From contig NC_043003.1 in the NCBI RefSeq assembly GCF_006345805.1, positions 105,524,001 to 105,588,000 of the forward strand: a stretch of 64,000 nt of DNA, in the 5' to 3' direction. This DNA is from Octopus sinensis. Taxonomy: Eukaryota. How positions within the stretch are numbered: the stretch's first letter is position 1; each line of letters opens with the position of its first letter. The position numbers and the translations under genes are program-made. The notes beneath the pieces were generated by a model, which was not told the DNA's origin, did not search any database, and saw only the letters and a program-made list of their open reading frames with translations. Positions 26,486-38,496 of this stretch are shown in pieces.

Positions 26486-27225
26486 TGTAGGGGGAAAATT
26501 CAATACCTTTAATGAAACCATAATTATAACAAGTATTAAATCGGTCATTTATAAAAGTTTTTTTACTAATTATGTATTTTTAATTTTTAGTCTACAATAT
26601 AAACTGTTACATTGATTTATAACGTGGCTATCACCGGTGACTCCTGCGGCACAGAACGAATATTCATTCTTTATCGTAGGAGTCGTTATTGATACACGTT
26701 GAAAGGTGTTAAAATGTTCGTTATATCTCCAGTTATGGATTTTTCATTTATCTAATATTATTGTCGACAGATTATGTTTCAGGTTGTGTTATATAAGCTT
26801 TAATGAGGGCAGCACTTCAATGAGGACTATTACCGTGATTTGTACTTTTATAATATCTGTATTGTGGACATTTTCTAGAATTCAAATAGTGTAGTTTTGA
26901 ACCGCAGTAATGTAAGGTTCCATAGAAGAAAAAAAAGAAAAATTAATCACCACGGGGAGTCACAGGTGTCTCCTATGGTTGACGAAGTGCTAAGGCAGAA
27001 GGGAATTCCAGAAAGCGGCTGGAGCCATAATGGGGTCCTAAGTTCTACAATGTGGTTTTCAGCAACGTGATAGCGTTGATATTAAGTTTTGGTATGCCTC
27101 ATGTCAGATGCTGAAATGATTGCAAAGCGACATGAGACGAAATGTTGGTACTACTTGAGAACTGTGGTCCCGGTGCGCGCACTCGCGTACTCGCGCATCC
27201 GCGCTTACTAGTCGTTACTAGTCGA

Positions 27226-27470
27226 GGATCTTTTCCTTTTGAACGGCAGTTTTCAACACAATTTCTAGTTAACTAAACACTTTTAAACTTCGTATACTGG
27301 TAGAATGTGTCAAAATAAAACGTTTTTTTCTCTTGGCTTTCTTGAGAAAACTGTAATTTGTAAGTTTAACGTAGTTTAATTTTTCGAATTTTAACCAAAC
27401 CTATGCCCTCTATTGAGCTAAAATCATTTGCTGCGTCTAAAACAGACAACATCCTGTAACTAACCCTATT
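27226..27470 (-). mobile_element. Partial, diverged relative of the Merlin-like MITE
   Basis: Starts ggatcttttccttttgaacggcagtttt. The following sequence (aaacttcgtatactggtagaatgtg) matches the reverse complement of the right end of 43925-44336. Confidence 0.75.
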
Positions 27471-27499
27471 GTTGACTATTCAATTTTCAGGAATCATCT

Positions 27500-27775
27500 C
27501 TAGCAGTCTCGCATGTCGGCTCTTCATCTGCTGCAGGTGAAGTTCTTTGACACAACAAAGAAGTGACCCTTCTCCTGTTCTCTTTTGTATTCCCTCTGTT
27601 GTTTTCCCTGAATGGCTGAAATTACAAGCTTCAGCGATCGGTTCCATTCATCGCAATGTAGGGCCTTCTCTTACCAGGTGTCTGGGGAGGTGTTGGAGTT
27701 CTTCCTATGCTTTTTCAGTTTCCCCCTGTATTGCAACTTCAGGCCACCATGGCACTTCCTGCCTTGATGCATAAA
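27500..27775 (-). mobile_element. Old RTE-like LINE C-terminal fragment
   Basis: Minus strand reads GRKCHGGLKLQYRGKLKK...PDTW*EKALHCDEWN...FTC, resembling the RTE GG-K-RYKD-LK...WE-A-DR-W C-terminus. Confidence 0.55.
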
Positions 27776-27808
27776 TATTACATATATGTCAGTCAGCAAT
27801 TTTTCTCT

Positions 27809-28142
27809 ATGGTTCTGGGTTCAGTCCCACTGCACGGCACCTTGGGCAAGTGTCTTCTACAATAGCCTCGGGCCGACCAAAGCATTGTGAGTGGATTTGG
27901 TAGACGGAAACTGAAAGAAGCCCATCGTATATATGTATATATGTGTGTCTGTGTTTGTCCCCCCAACATCGCTTGACAACTGATGCTGGTGTGTTTACGT
28001 CCCCGTAACTTACTGGTTTGGCAAAAGAGACCAATAGAATAAGTACTAGGCTTACAAAGAATAAGTACTGGGGTCGATTTGCTCGACTAAAGGCGGTGCT
28101 CCTGCATGGCCACAGTCAAATGACTGAAACAAGTAAAAGAGT
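27809..28142 (+). mobile_element. SINE family A (5'-truncated)
   Basis: B-box region through tail aaggcggtgctcctgcatggccacagtcaaatgactgaaacaagtaaaaga. Confidence 0.9.
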
Positions 28143-29734
28143 ATAGTTCATTGTTTCTTTCTATTTTGTTTTCTGACATTGTATTATCTAACCACGAATG
28201 ACTTTAAATGGTATAAAATACTTTTAGTTTATAAAATTGAACAATATTATTTTAATTTCATTTATTTTTATATGCATCAAATTTTATATATACATAATGA
28301 AATGTTTTTACTGATTCAAGTTTCTTTACACATTCATCCAATCAAATGTTTCCCTTTTTGTTCCGTCTCATTGAATCTTCTTTTAAACCGTTCCTGTTTC
28401 ATTGTTCAGAATTTGTATGGCATTCAGACATGTGAAATTCACAGTTAATAACATTCTAACCTATTTCTTTACTACCCAACAAGGGGCTAAACACAGAGGA
28501 GACAAACAAGGACAAACGGATTAAGTGCATAACTGATACTTAATTTATTGACCCCGAAAGGATGAAAGGCAAAGTCGACCTCGGCGGAATTTGAACCTAG
28601 AATGTAACGGCAGACGAAATACAGCTACGCATTTTGCCCAGCGTGCTAACATTTCTGCCAGCTCGCTGCCTTCGCTTAATAAATATGTATATGTCATGTC
28701 GTATATATCTTTGTGTCTGTGTTTCATCCACCATACTACTTGACAACCGGTGCTGGTTTGTTTACAGCACTATAACTTAGTGGCTTGACTAAAGAGATTG
28801 ATAGACTTTAAAAGAAGTAAATACTGGAGTTGATTTGTTTGACTATAAACCTTCAGGCGGGTGCTCCAGCATGGCCAGAGTCAGTGACAGAAAGAAGGAG
28901 TAAAGATAAAGAGTAAATGACGTAGAAGGAGAAAGGGAAATGTTTGGAATTGTCTTTTGATCAACTCAGTGGTGGAAACACGTGGCTTAGTGGTCAGGGT
29001 GTCGCGTTCACAAACACAAGATCTGGGTTTCAATTCTCGGGCCAGGTGGTGCATTGTTTTCTCAAGCAAAACACTTTATTTCATGTGTTTGTTAGCATCT
29101 TCAACTCCATAAAATATTGACAGCTGCCAATGGAAATAAGGAAGAAAATATATAAATATTGACAATGAACTGAGACAATATTCCTTAATATTGTTGCAAC
29201 AATAAAAGAAATGGTCAGAGAAAAGAACAATACATATTGATTTGATATTGGCAGATGGTGGTGAAGTGGTAGAATTTTCGAGCAAGTCTTATTCGGAATG
29301 TTTGGTTATTGCTAACTTTCACTTCAAGGAACGGCATTTGGTCTGCTCCACTTAGTCTTTTCTTCCTTCTTTGTTTCTTGTTTGGTTTACCATTCTCTCT
29401 TTTCTTTTCTTTTTCTTTCTTTTGGTTTCCTCATTCCAAGAGTTCATTGTTTCCAAATCATGACAATTCTTGTTTTGGCTGACGCTCCATTTCAATTCCC
29501 CCAAGATATCATTTTTTCGTTTTTGTTTTTGACCATTTATTCCAACAGATTGTATTTTGTGTATATGCAATAGGTGCAGGTGCAAGCATGGCTGTGGTTA
29601 AGAAGCTTGCTTCCCAACCATGTGGTCTTGAGTTCAGCCCCACTGCTCCTCAAGTGTCTTCTACTATAGCCTGGACTGACCAAAGTCTTGTGAATGGATT
29701 TCATTGATGGAAACTGAAAGAAGCATGTCACATG

Positions 29735-29751
29735 TGTGTATGTACATATAT

Positions 29752-29825
<74 letters not shown>

Positions 29826-30045
29826 ATATACATGTATGTATACATGTATGTTTGTATCTATGTATATATATATGTATACATGTATGTATATATATATGTA
29901 TACATGTATGTATACATGTATGTTTGTATCTATGTATATATATATGTATACATGTATGTATACATGTATGTTTGTATCTATGTATATATATATGTATACA
30001 TGTATGTATATGTATCTATATATATATATGTGTGTGTGTGTGTGA
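29735..30045. repeat. (TA)n plus compound TATG/TACA repeats
   Basis: Direct reading. Confidence 0.95.
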
Positions 30046-30324
30046 ACAGGTATTGATGAGCCAGAGGGCTGTTCCGAGTTCCAGTGTCTTCCCCCTTGGC
30101 ATGGTTTCTACAGCTGGTTGTTCTTCCTAATGCCAACCGTTATACAGTGGGTGCTGGGTACTTTTTTCATGTGGCACCAGCATTTGTGAGTCCACCAAAT
30201 ACTTACAAGAAAAGCTCCCTCAACAGAGTGGAGTATAGGGAATAATTGAGGGAAATGAAAGTATGATAGAGGGAGAGGTGTGAGCGCCCTGCTGAAGAGG
30301 TAAATACATGGCTTCCCCCATCTG

Positions 30325-30562
30325 GAGAGAGAGAGAGAGAGATGAGAGAGAGGATGGGAGGAGGAGAGAGGAGAGAGAGAGGAGAGAGCAGAGGAGAGGA
30401 AGAAAGAGAGGAGAGGAAGAGAGAGAGAGTGAGGGAGAGAGAGGAGAGAGATGAGAGAGAGAGAGAGAGAGGAGAGAGAGAGCGAGAGGAGAGGGAGATG
30501 AGGAGAGGAGAGAGAGAGGAGAGAGAGAGATGAGAGAGAGAGGAGAGAGAGAGAGAGAGAAG
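30325..30562. repeat. Imperfect (GA)n tract
   Basis: Direct reading. Confidence 0.95.
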
Positions 30563-30757
30563 ATAAGGGTAGAACAACAGAAAAGGTAGGTAAGGTATTA
30601 GAGTGAAAAGAGTGACAGAGAATTAGAAATTCAGTAAAGATTGGTTACCTTCCTGATTCATAGTACATGGACAATCCTCTTGTCCAGTTTAATTCACTAA
30701 AGCTACCTGTAATAAACTAACAAACTGTATACCTGTTATGATAATCAACAGCTTTAA

Positions 30758-30975
30758 CCCTTATATACCCCTGGTTGTGTTTTCACAATGCAAAACCTGC
30801 TCCTACTTGTTTGGACATGAATTCCCTGGGAAACATCTGACTGAGCATACAAAATGTTCAGTAGGAAGTCAACACCCTAACTGTCCTTCTCTTCCAGATT
30901 GTGAAAGCTTACCTTAACAATTAATCTAAATACAGTGAAATTTTTAAGACTTCATTTTTGATGGGCATATATGGG
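30758..30975. mobile_element. piggyBac-like MITE
   Basis: TTAA-cccttatataccc ... gggcatatatggg-TTAA. The right-end 17-mer is tandemly duplicated (30963-30996). Confidence 0.65.
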
Positions 30976-33895
30976 TTAAGGGCATATATGGGTTAAGGGC
31001 TGTAAATCTATTCCCAACATTGAACTGAACTTTTGCTCTTCTGGTTCAGATTCAGTTTGCTGTTTGTTTATAACAGATTCTTAACACAAACACATTCTCT
31101 AGTTTGAAAGGAAAAGAAATGGGATTGAGAGACATTCATGCTTTTCTCACATACATTAGTGACCCAAGTGAAATTTCTGCAACACTGAATGAAAACAAGG
31201 TCATGAGCAGTGGCGGACTGGGTCTAAAAATATTGGTTGCTGATGAAGTCCAATAAAACTGAAACATGCCTGGAATAGTTACCACAATGCTAAAAATCAA
31301 ACTCACGCCTCTCTGATTTGCATATTTAATTAATTTTAATTAATAATTAAGAGGTTGTTTCTTCTTTTATTTAACCTGGATTAGTCATTCTTAAGTAGGT
31401 ACAGATTGGTCAAATAGTTAAGAAGTTTGCTTCACAACCCTGATGTCTTGGGTTCAATCTCGCTACCTGTCATTTTCCATAGTCTCATATATTGGGAAAG
31501 AAACTGGGTTGATGGAAACTGTAAAGAAGCCTATCAGATGGATTGTACCCAGAGGTGGTAGCTAGAGTCTGTGTCACCTGGAGCAACTCTTAAGTTTGCT
31601 GCTTATACAGGCTTATATGACCCAAATGTGTCACCCCGCTCCATAAAAGTGCCCCTCCCCACTTTAGCTGATAGTACCTGTAATTCACAGGCCCAACTTT
31701 GACCCAGACTGTGTTGCACTCATTCTGCCTGAAAGTAGCATTAAGGAGACAGATTGCTGTGGAATACTCTGTCACTTACATTCAAGAGCAGATTTATTTA
31801 GTTGATGAAATATCCGAATCCTTACAATTAAATGATGGAGAACCATCCATTTCTTTAGGTATTCCCTGCCCCTTCGTCCCATTTACCCCTAGCAAATTTT
31901 TGAAGAGTCATTTACCCCCACCCCACCCCACCCAATCCCTGCTTTGTCTGTTTTGTTCTGTAATCTGGGTTTACACTTCAACTCGTGGCAAAACAACTAA
32001 CATAGAAGAGGAAATTTCAAACAAGGTGACGACTCCAGTTTAGTTTCAGTCTTCTGAGACCTCATCAGTAAATCATTGTCTAACATACAGCAAAACATGA
32101 ACTACTTCTGACTTGACTTCAGTGTTTAGTGCTGCCTTTAACAGCTCAGTATTTGTGGGACATCCATCACCAACAAAGTCTGTATTGATTGGCTGATTTC
32201 ACTGAAATGTTTCTCCGTTTCTTTACATAGTCCTTTGGCAGCTTCAGCATTTCTTTAGTTTATTAGTTCTATTTTTAGTATTAGTCTTCCTCACTTTCTT
32301 CTTTCTCTCCTTAATAGCTGGGTAATTATTGATCTTTAACACTGGCATGAGGCCACAAATATATAATGGGAGGGATTATAGTCCATTGAACTGACTGGAG
32401 TGCATGGCTTGCTGCTTATTTTATCATTACCCAGAGGAAAGAAAGACTAAGTTGTTTTGAGTGGAATTTGAACACACAAATTAATGGGACGTGTGTTGAT
32501 AATGCAAAGTATTGAACCTTGGATTCTGTTTATGCCAATCTACTGTCCTTTAAAAAATCTCTTACATAAACACCAAAAAAACCCCAACTAAAATAAAGCC
32601 GTGCTTCTCATTTGCATTATGTCCCTGCACTTTCCACTAGCTTCAATCTGGTGATCACCAATTTAACCGCTGGGTAATATTAAACTGTAGACTTCTGTGT
32701 TGGTTCTACTTAGTTTAATGTTATTAGTATATGTTTATGCTGATGAGCAGATTAAAATAAATTTAATCTTTTATAGACAGATAGACAGATATTAATCCAA
32801 AGCAAGCTCATGTGAAGCACGATCAATTCTCTTGAAGCCAAACACATACATCTGCTGCTTAATTCAACATGCTGAGTGTGTGTGTCTGTGTGTGTGTGTG
32901 TGTGTATTTAGCATGTTGGACTAAGCAGTAGTATAGATTTAATTGCAGGCAGGTATATTTAATTTTCATTGAAAATGGTAAAGAGAAAGTTAGTAGTGTA
33001 GGTAGAGAGAGATCAATAGAGAAAGACTAATAGAGAATGATAAACTAGTGAGTAGATAGAAAGATAGATAGACAGAAAGATAGATAGAAAGATAGATAGA
33101 TAGAAAGACAGATAGATAGATAAGGAGGGAAAGACGATGAGAAGGAAGAAGAATTCTATTGACTGTATGTATTTAAAACAAATTTGGAAATGTATCAATA
33201 AATCATTTATTTTTGTGAATGCCAGTTTGTTTGAGCAAAGCAATATTTCTTGTTATATTCTGAATAATAATATTGATTTTTTTTTTTTCTTTCCTTCCAT
33301 TGGCACAAGACCAGATATTTGGAGAAGTTTTAGGCATTTGTAGTCAACGGAATCACTCCTTAGTCTACGACTGGTATTTTGCTGACCACTGATAGAACAA
33401 CACAAGCATTGACCTTGTTGGATTGGAACAAATAACTTTGGTAGACAGAACTATACACTCTCAGATATTTAGTCTCGTGTTCTACATGTTTATTGTACCA
33501 TTCCATTGCATTTTGACATGGTGCAGGAATCACTGTGTGGTAAGAAGCTTGCTTTTCAACCACATGGTCCCAGGTTCAGTTCCATTTCATGATACCTTGG
33601 GCAAAGTGTCTTTTAGTATAGCCCAGTGCCAACCAAAGCCTTGTGAGTTGATTTGGTAGATGGAAATAAAATGAAGCCCATCGCATGCGTGTGTGTGTGT
33701 GTGCAGAACCACCACTTGACAAGCAGTGTTAGTGCGTTTCTATCCCGATGACTTAGTGGTTTGGCAAAAGAGGCCGATAGAATAAGTACCAGGCTTAAAA
33801 GAATAAATATAAGGGTTGATTTGTTCAACTAAAATTCTTCAAGGCTGTTGTGCTCCAGTATGGTCACAATCTGACGACAGATACGAAAGGAGGGA

Positions 33896-33927
<32 letters not shown>

Positions 33928-34044
33928 ATGCATGTGTGTGCATGCGTGTGTGTGTGTGCGTGCGTGTGTGTGTGTGTGTGCAGCAGTGTCTTTGCTTTGA
34001 TATCATGTGACTGATTATATACAACTGAGGCAGCATTTAATTAA

Positions 34045-34268
34045 CCAATTAGCATTTAATCCAGCTATATATCTGGCCCAAATATTCTACCTGTTTTCCT
34101 GTTCAAACTGGCCAGATCCAGCCTCTCACACATACCCTGCAGTGTCATTCTAAAAATAAACAATTGCATCTTCGAAATTTCAAAGCTACAAAATAATACA
34201 TGATTAATTCTTAAAAAGTGTGAATAAATAAGCCTTACATTTGACAAAGTAACCTGAATACTAAAAGC
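34045..34268. mobile_element. piggyBac-like MITE (degenerate TIRs)
   Basis: TTAA-ccaattagcatt ... aatactaaaagc-TTAA; related fragment near 50958-51070. Confidence 0.55.
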
Positions 34269-35479
34269 TTAAAATAGCCATTTATGTATCATACTTAATG
34301 TATGCACACGGTTGATAGACCAGTTACTGTAATTAATTGTTCTGAGATAATATCTCTTATGGACTTGCTCTGTTAAAAACACAATAAATATCTGAGAGAG
34401 ATGAAATGCATTTCGGCTTTCCTGGACCGTTACAATGGGTTGTACTTGCAAGCCACAACAGGTTCAGATGAGAATTCATTGTCTCCAATATAGGAAAAAG
34501 TGAATAAAATATCCACAAATGCTGTGAATAGCCACCCTGCTGATAGTTTCCAGTGTTGAATTCAATATCTACAGAAAGAGAAATAACTGAAGTAGACTAA
34601 CTTCCTCTCCAGGAAGAGAATTTCTTTGTGTCCATTTACCACTTTGGACATTGGAGAAAGGGAACAGTTCACATGATTGTGAAGTGTTTTCATTTGAGGT
34701 CAGTGATGGGACCCCTTTATAGGAGACATTTGATGCTCTAAGGGAGCAGTTTTGGGATCAAATAACGAACTTATTGCATGCAGTGCCTAGCTGGTGCATT
34801 ACAACTCATCAGAAAAAGTAGCCAAAAGTGTGTGTGTGAGTGTGTGTATGTATGTGTATATATATATGTATGTATGTATGTATGTATATATATGTATGTA
34901 TGTATGTATGTATGGAGAACAATGCACAGGAAGTGAACAATAAATGAGTCATTCAAAAAGAGAAGAAAAAAAAGGGGACACGAAAGCAATGTGTCCCTGT
35001 GTATCACATGCGAAACACTGGACAGGCAGAGGTTTCAGTAGGTTTAGCAAGCAGTGTATTAAGGTGTGCAGAGGATACTTAATTTAAAACCTAAAGAAAA
35101 CCTGTGAGTAATTTAATTGTTAGGTTCTTTGTGAATAACGACAGGATTAAAGGGATCTACAATAAAAAGAAAAGGGAATTACTCAATTTTTACATAATTC
35201 CTTATTTTCTTTTGTTTCCTTTTATCCTTGTCGGTGTTGTTACTATTGTTGTTGGTCTGGCTATTATTTAAGAAATGGTTTAGTAGCTTTGTGCTTAAAA
35301 ATAAGACCTCAGCTGCTGTATTGTTGCAAGTTAAACCGACTACAATGGTTTTAGGAAGATGAGATGTTGAAGAAAGAGGCTGTATTACACATCTTAATTA
35401 TTTCGTAATAATCATTGTTTAACATCTGTTTTTTCATGCTGGCATGGATTAGATGAATCATAAGGAATTACATCATCTT

Positions 35480-35532
<53 letters not shown>

Positions 35533-35711
35533 TTTATGTTGTATGGAGCATTTCGCCTTTTCATCTCTCTCAGATATTTATTGTGTTTTTAACAGAGCAA
35601 GTCCATAGGAGATATTATCTCAGAACAATTAATTACAGTAACTGGTCTATCAACCGTGTGCATACATTAAATATGATACATAAATGGCTATTTTAAGCTT
35701 TTAGTATTCAG
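34254..35711. repeat. 153-bp inverted duplication (34254-34406 / 35559-35711), ~1.15-kb spacer
   Basis: Arms differ at 2 positions by eye. The ORF track gives near-identical peptides on opposite strands (34269-34451 -, 35478-35696 +). Confidence 0.95.
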
Positions 35712-36740
35712 TATGGACTGGGTTCATTTTATTGTGCCGCTGGCACTAGCATTGTTATTCTATACAAGGAGCATTAAAGGGTCCTTCTACGCTATGTCAA
35801 TTCTCACTTCAGGTCATTGCCTTCCTTGATAGGTAACCTGTGATATGGCTTCAAGAATCAAGTCTCACTCAGACATTCCACTTTACGTAGGTTTTCTACT
35901 GCTCAACACTTTTCTTACCATCAACCATTTTAGGTATTAAAATGCATTTAAAAAAAACAAAAACAGGAGGAATTCCAACCACATTTCGTGGTTTGCAACC
36001 TCAACAGCTCCTTTATAAGATCCAGTGGCTAAAGACATCAGGAGGAACCTCATCCAGTTTCGGCCCCTACTCCTCTACCATTTTCGATGTGGCACCCACT
36101 TTTGATGTTGAGTGTGTTTCCTCTTTCTCCGTTTTTTTCTTTTGTTTTTTTTGCTTGTTTTTTTTTCTTTTTTGATGCAGCATCAACAAATGTCAGCGGG
36201 CAACTGACCATCCTGCCAAAAAGTTTCCCTTTAAATATTCGCTAGTAGGCTCCTGCAGCTAGCACCAGCTAGTTGTCATGTGACACTGTCTAAACTTCAA
36301 CTGACCAATGGAGGGGAAGGGTGCATAATCTTAGCTTGCGCCCTCTCTAAACCTGCCTTCCAACAGTGTTGTGTTCGTTTCAGTTCCAGCACCCAGAGCC
36401 AACCAGCTGTTGGGTGGTACAAGCCTTCGAACCAGGATGAAGGGGCGCCATGGACGAGACTGCTACCTGTCAATCAGCGATGCTGCTTAAGTGTCAGCCA
36501 GTCTCAATATCTAAAATGATATTGATGATAACATTACAATATGATGCTAACTTAGATAATCGAGTGGACCAAGTAATTAAAATTAATTATAATTTCACCA
36601 ATAGTTAGAAGAGCCAAGCATTATCTTAATGACTAACTCTAGTCCAAAAAACAGGGGAGACAACCCTTCGAATTTCAGTGAGCTAAAATTAGTTGAAAAT
36701 AGACTACTGTGGAAGTGTGGTCTCTAACAGTACAATGACC

Positions 36741-36783
36741 ACTCCAGATATGTTTCAACCTTATTCGACTTCATCAGTGAAGT
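36741..36783 (-). ncRNA. Minimal hammerhead ribozyme motif with intact core boxes
   Basis: Minus strand: acttca-CTGATGA-agtc gaataa ggtt-GAAA-cata-TC-tggagt. Stem I is 6 bp; stem II is 4 bp with wobbles; stem III is one change from the palindrome ACATGT. Confidence 0.65.
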
Positions 36784-37071
36784 AAAGATCTTTGATGACT
36801 AACATGGTACACAAGGGTTTTTTGTAAATATATTCTGTTACAATGAAGTGTTCAAAATATGTATTCAAGAATACACACACACACGCACACACACACACAT
36901 AGATACATACATACATACACACACATCTACCAAATCCACTCACAAGGCTTTGCTTGGCCTGAGGCTATAGTAGAAGACACTTGCCCAAGGTGTCACACAG
37001 TGGGTTTGAACCCAGAATCATCTGGTTGGGAAGTAAGCTTCTTACCACACAACTATATATGTATATATATC

Positions 37072-37196
37072 AAGTAAAATTTAATTGCCAGCATAGTATG
37101 GCTGTCCCTTAAGGGACATTGCTACTGTTTATTAGCCCCTAGTAACAGTAACAACATCCCTTACAGGACAGCCATACTATGTTAGCAATTTTACTT
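37072..37196. repeat. Imperfect palindrome, ~55-bp arms
   Basis: catagtatggctgtcc...taaggga..ttgctactgtt / aacagtaacaa..tccctta..ggacagccatactatg. Confidence 0.85.
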
Positions 37197-37580
37197 TAAA
37201 GAAATGTTACGGTATGTTTCTCTCTAAGAGATTTAGAAATAATACTATTTCTATGGAAGACTGTAGGGAATAATTCTTTTATAACTTAAAGGTTTGGTTG
37301 CTGTTTAGTTACATATTTAGGAGTTGATTGTAATTTACTTATTGAATTTATTTACTGATACTGTTGTACATAGGGTAAATGTGTTTGAAAGTTGTGGTTT
37401 CTTTGGTATGTTTGTTCCCAAACAACACTTATTTTGAATGGTACTGCCCAGGTGTCGAAACTATAATGATATCTGTGGGGCAGCTGATGATGGAGGTATG
37501 TTGGATTGTTGGTATGGCTGTTTTTCTATATGTGGAATAGTATTATAATACATCCTTTTGATATATATATATATATTTAT

Positions 37581-37647
<67 letters not shown>

Positions 37648-37651
37648 CATA

Positions 37652-37862
37652 CAGGGTGGCTACTAAGTCCCGCACCATCGGAGATATCAAGCATGCTTTA
37701 TTAGCAATGAAGTGGCTAATCCATTACAAATGTTCAATATCTGCTTCCATCCAACAAGGATTGGTTTGTGAGTAATATCAGAAGTTGTGAAAAGAGATAA
37801 AAAAAGGAAATGTTAGCAATTTCACATATTGCAGGATGGTGTGTGATTTTATGGCCATCCTA
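37652..37862. mobile_element. Tc1/mariner-type MITE
   Basis: TA-cagggtggctactaagtcccgcaccatc ... gatggtgtgtgattttatggccatccta-TA; degenerate TIRs. Confidence 0.6.
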
Positions 37863-37985
37863 TATGTGTGTGTGTAGAGAGAGAGAGAGGGAGAGAGAAT
37901 TCACAAAAAAAAACAAGAAAAGACGAAGACAGGTGGTATAGACAACAAACAGATGTATTAGTATAATGCTCAGGAAGTGAAAAAG

Positions 37986-38023
37986 TCTTTAACGTTTCGA
38001 GCCTATGCTCTTCCACAGAAAGA
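37986..38023 (-). ncRNA. Degenerate minimal hammerhead motif in a Penelope-like tail
   Basis: Minus strand: tcttt-CTGTGGA-a-gagc atag gctc-GAAA-cg-TT-aaaga. Stems I and II are perfect; A6 is mutated. Confidence 0.55.
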
Positions 38024-38139
38024 AATAAGGAGAGAAAATAAAGAATATGTAGTGGCTAACGATCTATCATGACGAAGGGTGGGTGATGATGAGAGGAGAC
38101 AGGATCAATTGGTGCGACCATGTGAGCCTGTAATATATA

Positions 38140-38182
<43 letters not shown>

Positions 38183-38185
38183 GTG

Positions 38186-38496
38186 GAGGCGCAATGGCCC
38201 AGTGGTTAGGGCAGCGAACTCGCGGTTGGAGGATCGTGGTTTCGATTCCCTGACCGGGCGTCGTGTGTGTTTATTGAGCGAAAACACCTAAAAGCTCCAC
38301 AAGGCTCCGGCAGGGGGTGGTGATCCCTGCTGTACTCTTTCACCACTCTTTCTCTCACTCTTTCTTCTGTTGGCCTGCTCGCTTAGCCAGCGGGGTGGCG
38401 TCATTCGAAGGCTAAAATAATGCGAAGTGCATTGTGACCAGCGATGTGTAGCAACATCTGATGGTCTGGTCGGTCACATGATGATGATGATGATGA
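38186..38496 (+). mobile_element. SINE family C, full length with (GAT)n tail
   Basis: Highly similar to 21551-21850. Confidence 0.88.

Noticed and set aside
27491-27536. Possible exon 2 (CTAAC branch, ttttcAG, reads GIISSSLACRLFICC in phase 1)
   Set aside because: The acceptor region is at a MITE remnant edge, the body overlaps an antisense RTE relic, and the donor (GTGAAG) is weak with an in-frame stop directly after. Only junction reads could rescue it.
36181-36245. Possible exon 2 after a strong poly-T acceptor (ASTNVSGQLTILPK...)
   Set aside because: In-frame stop after ~21 codons and no good donor before it.
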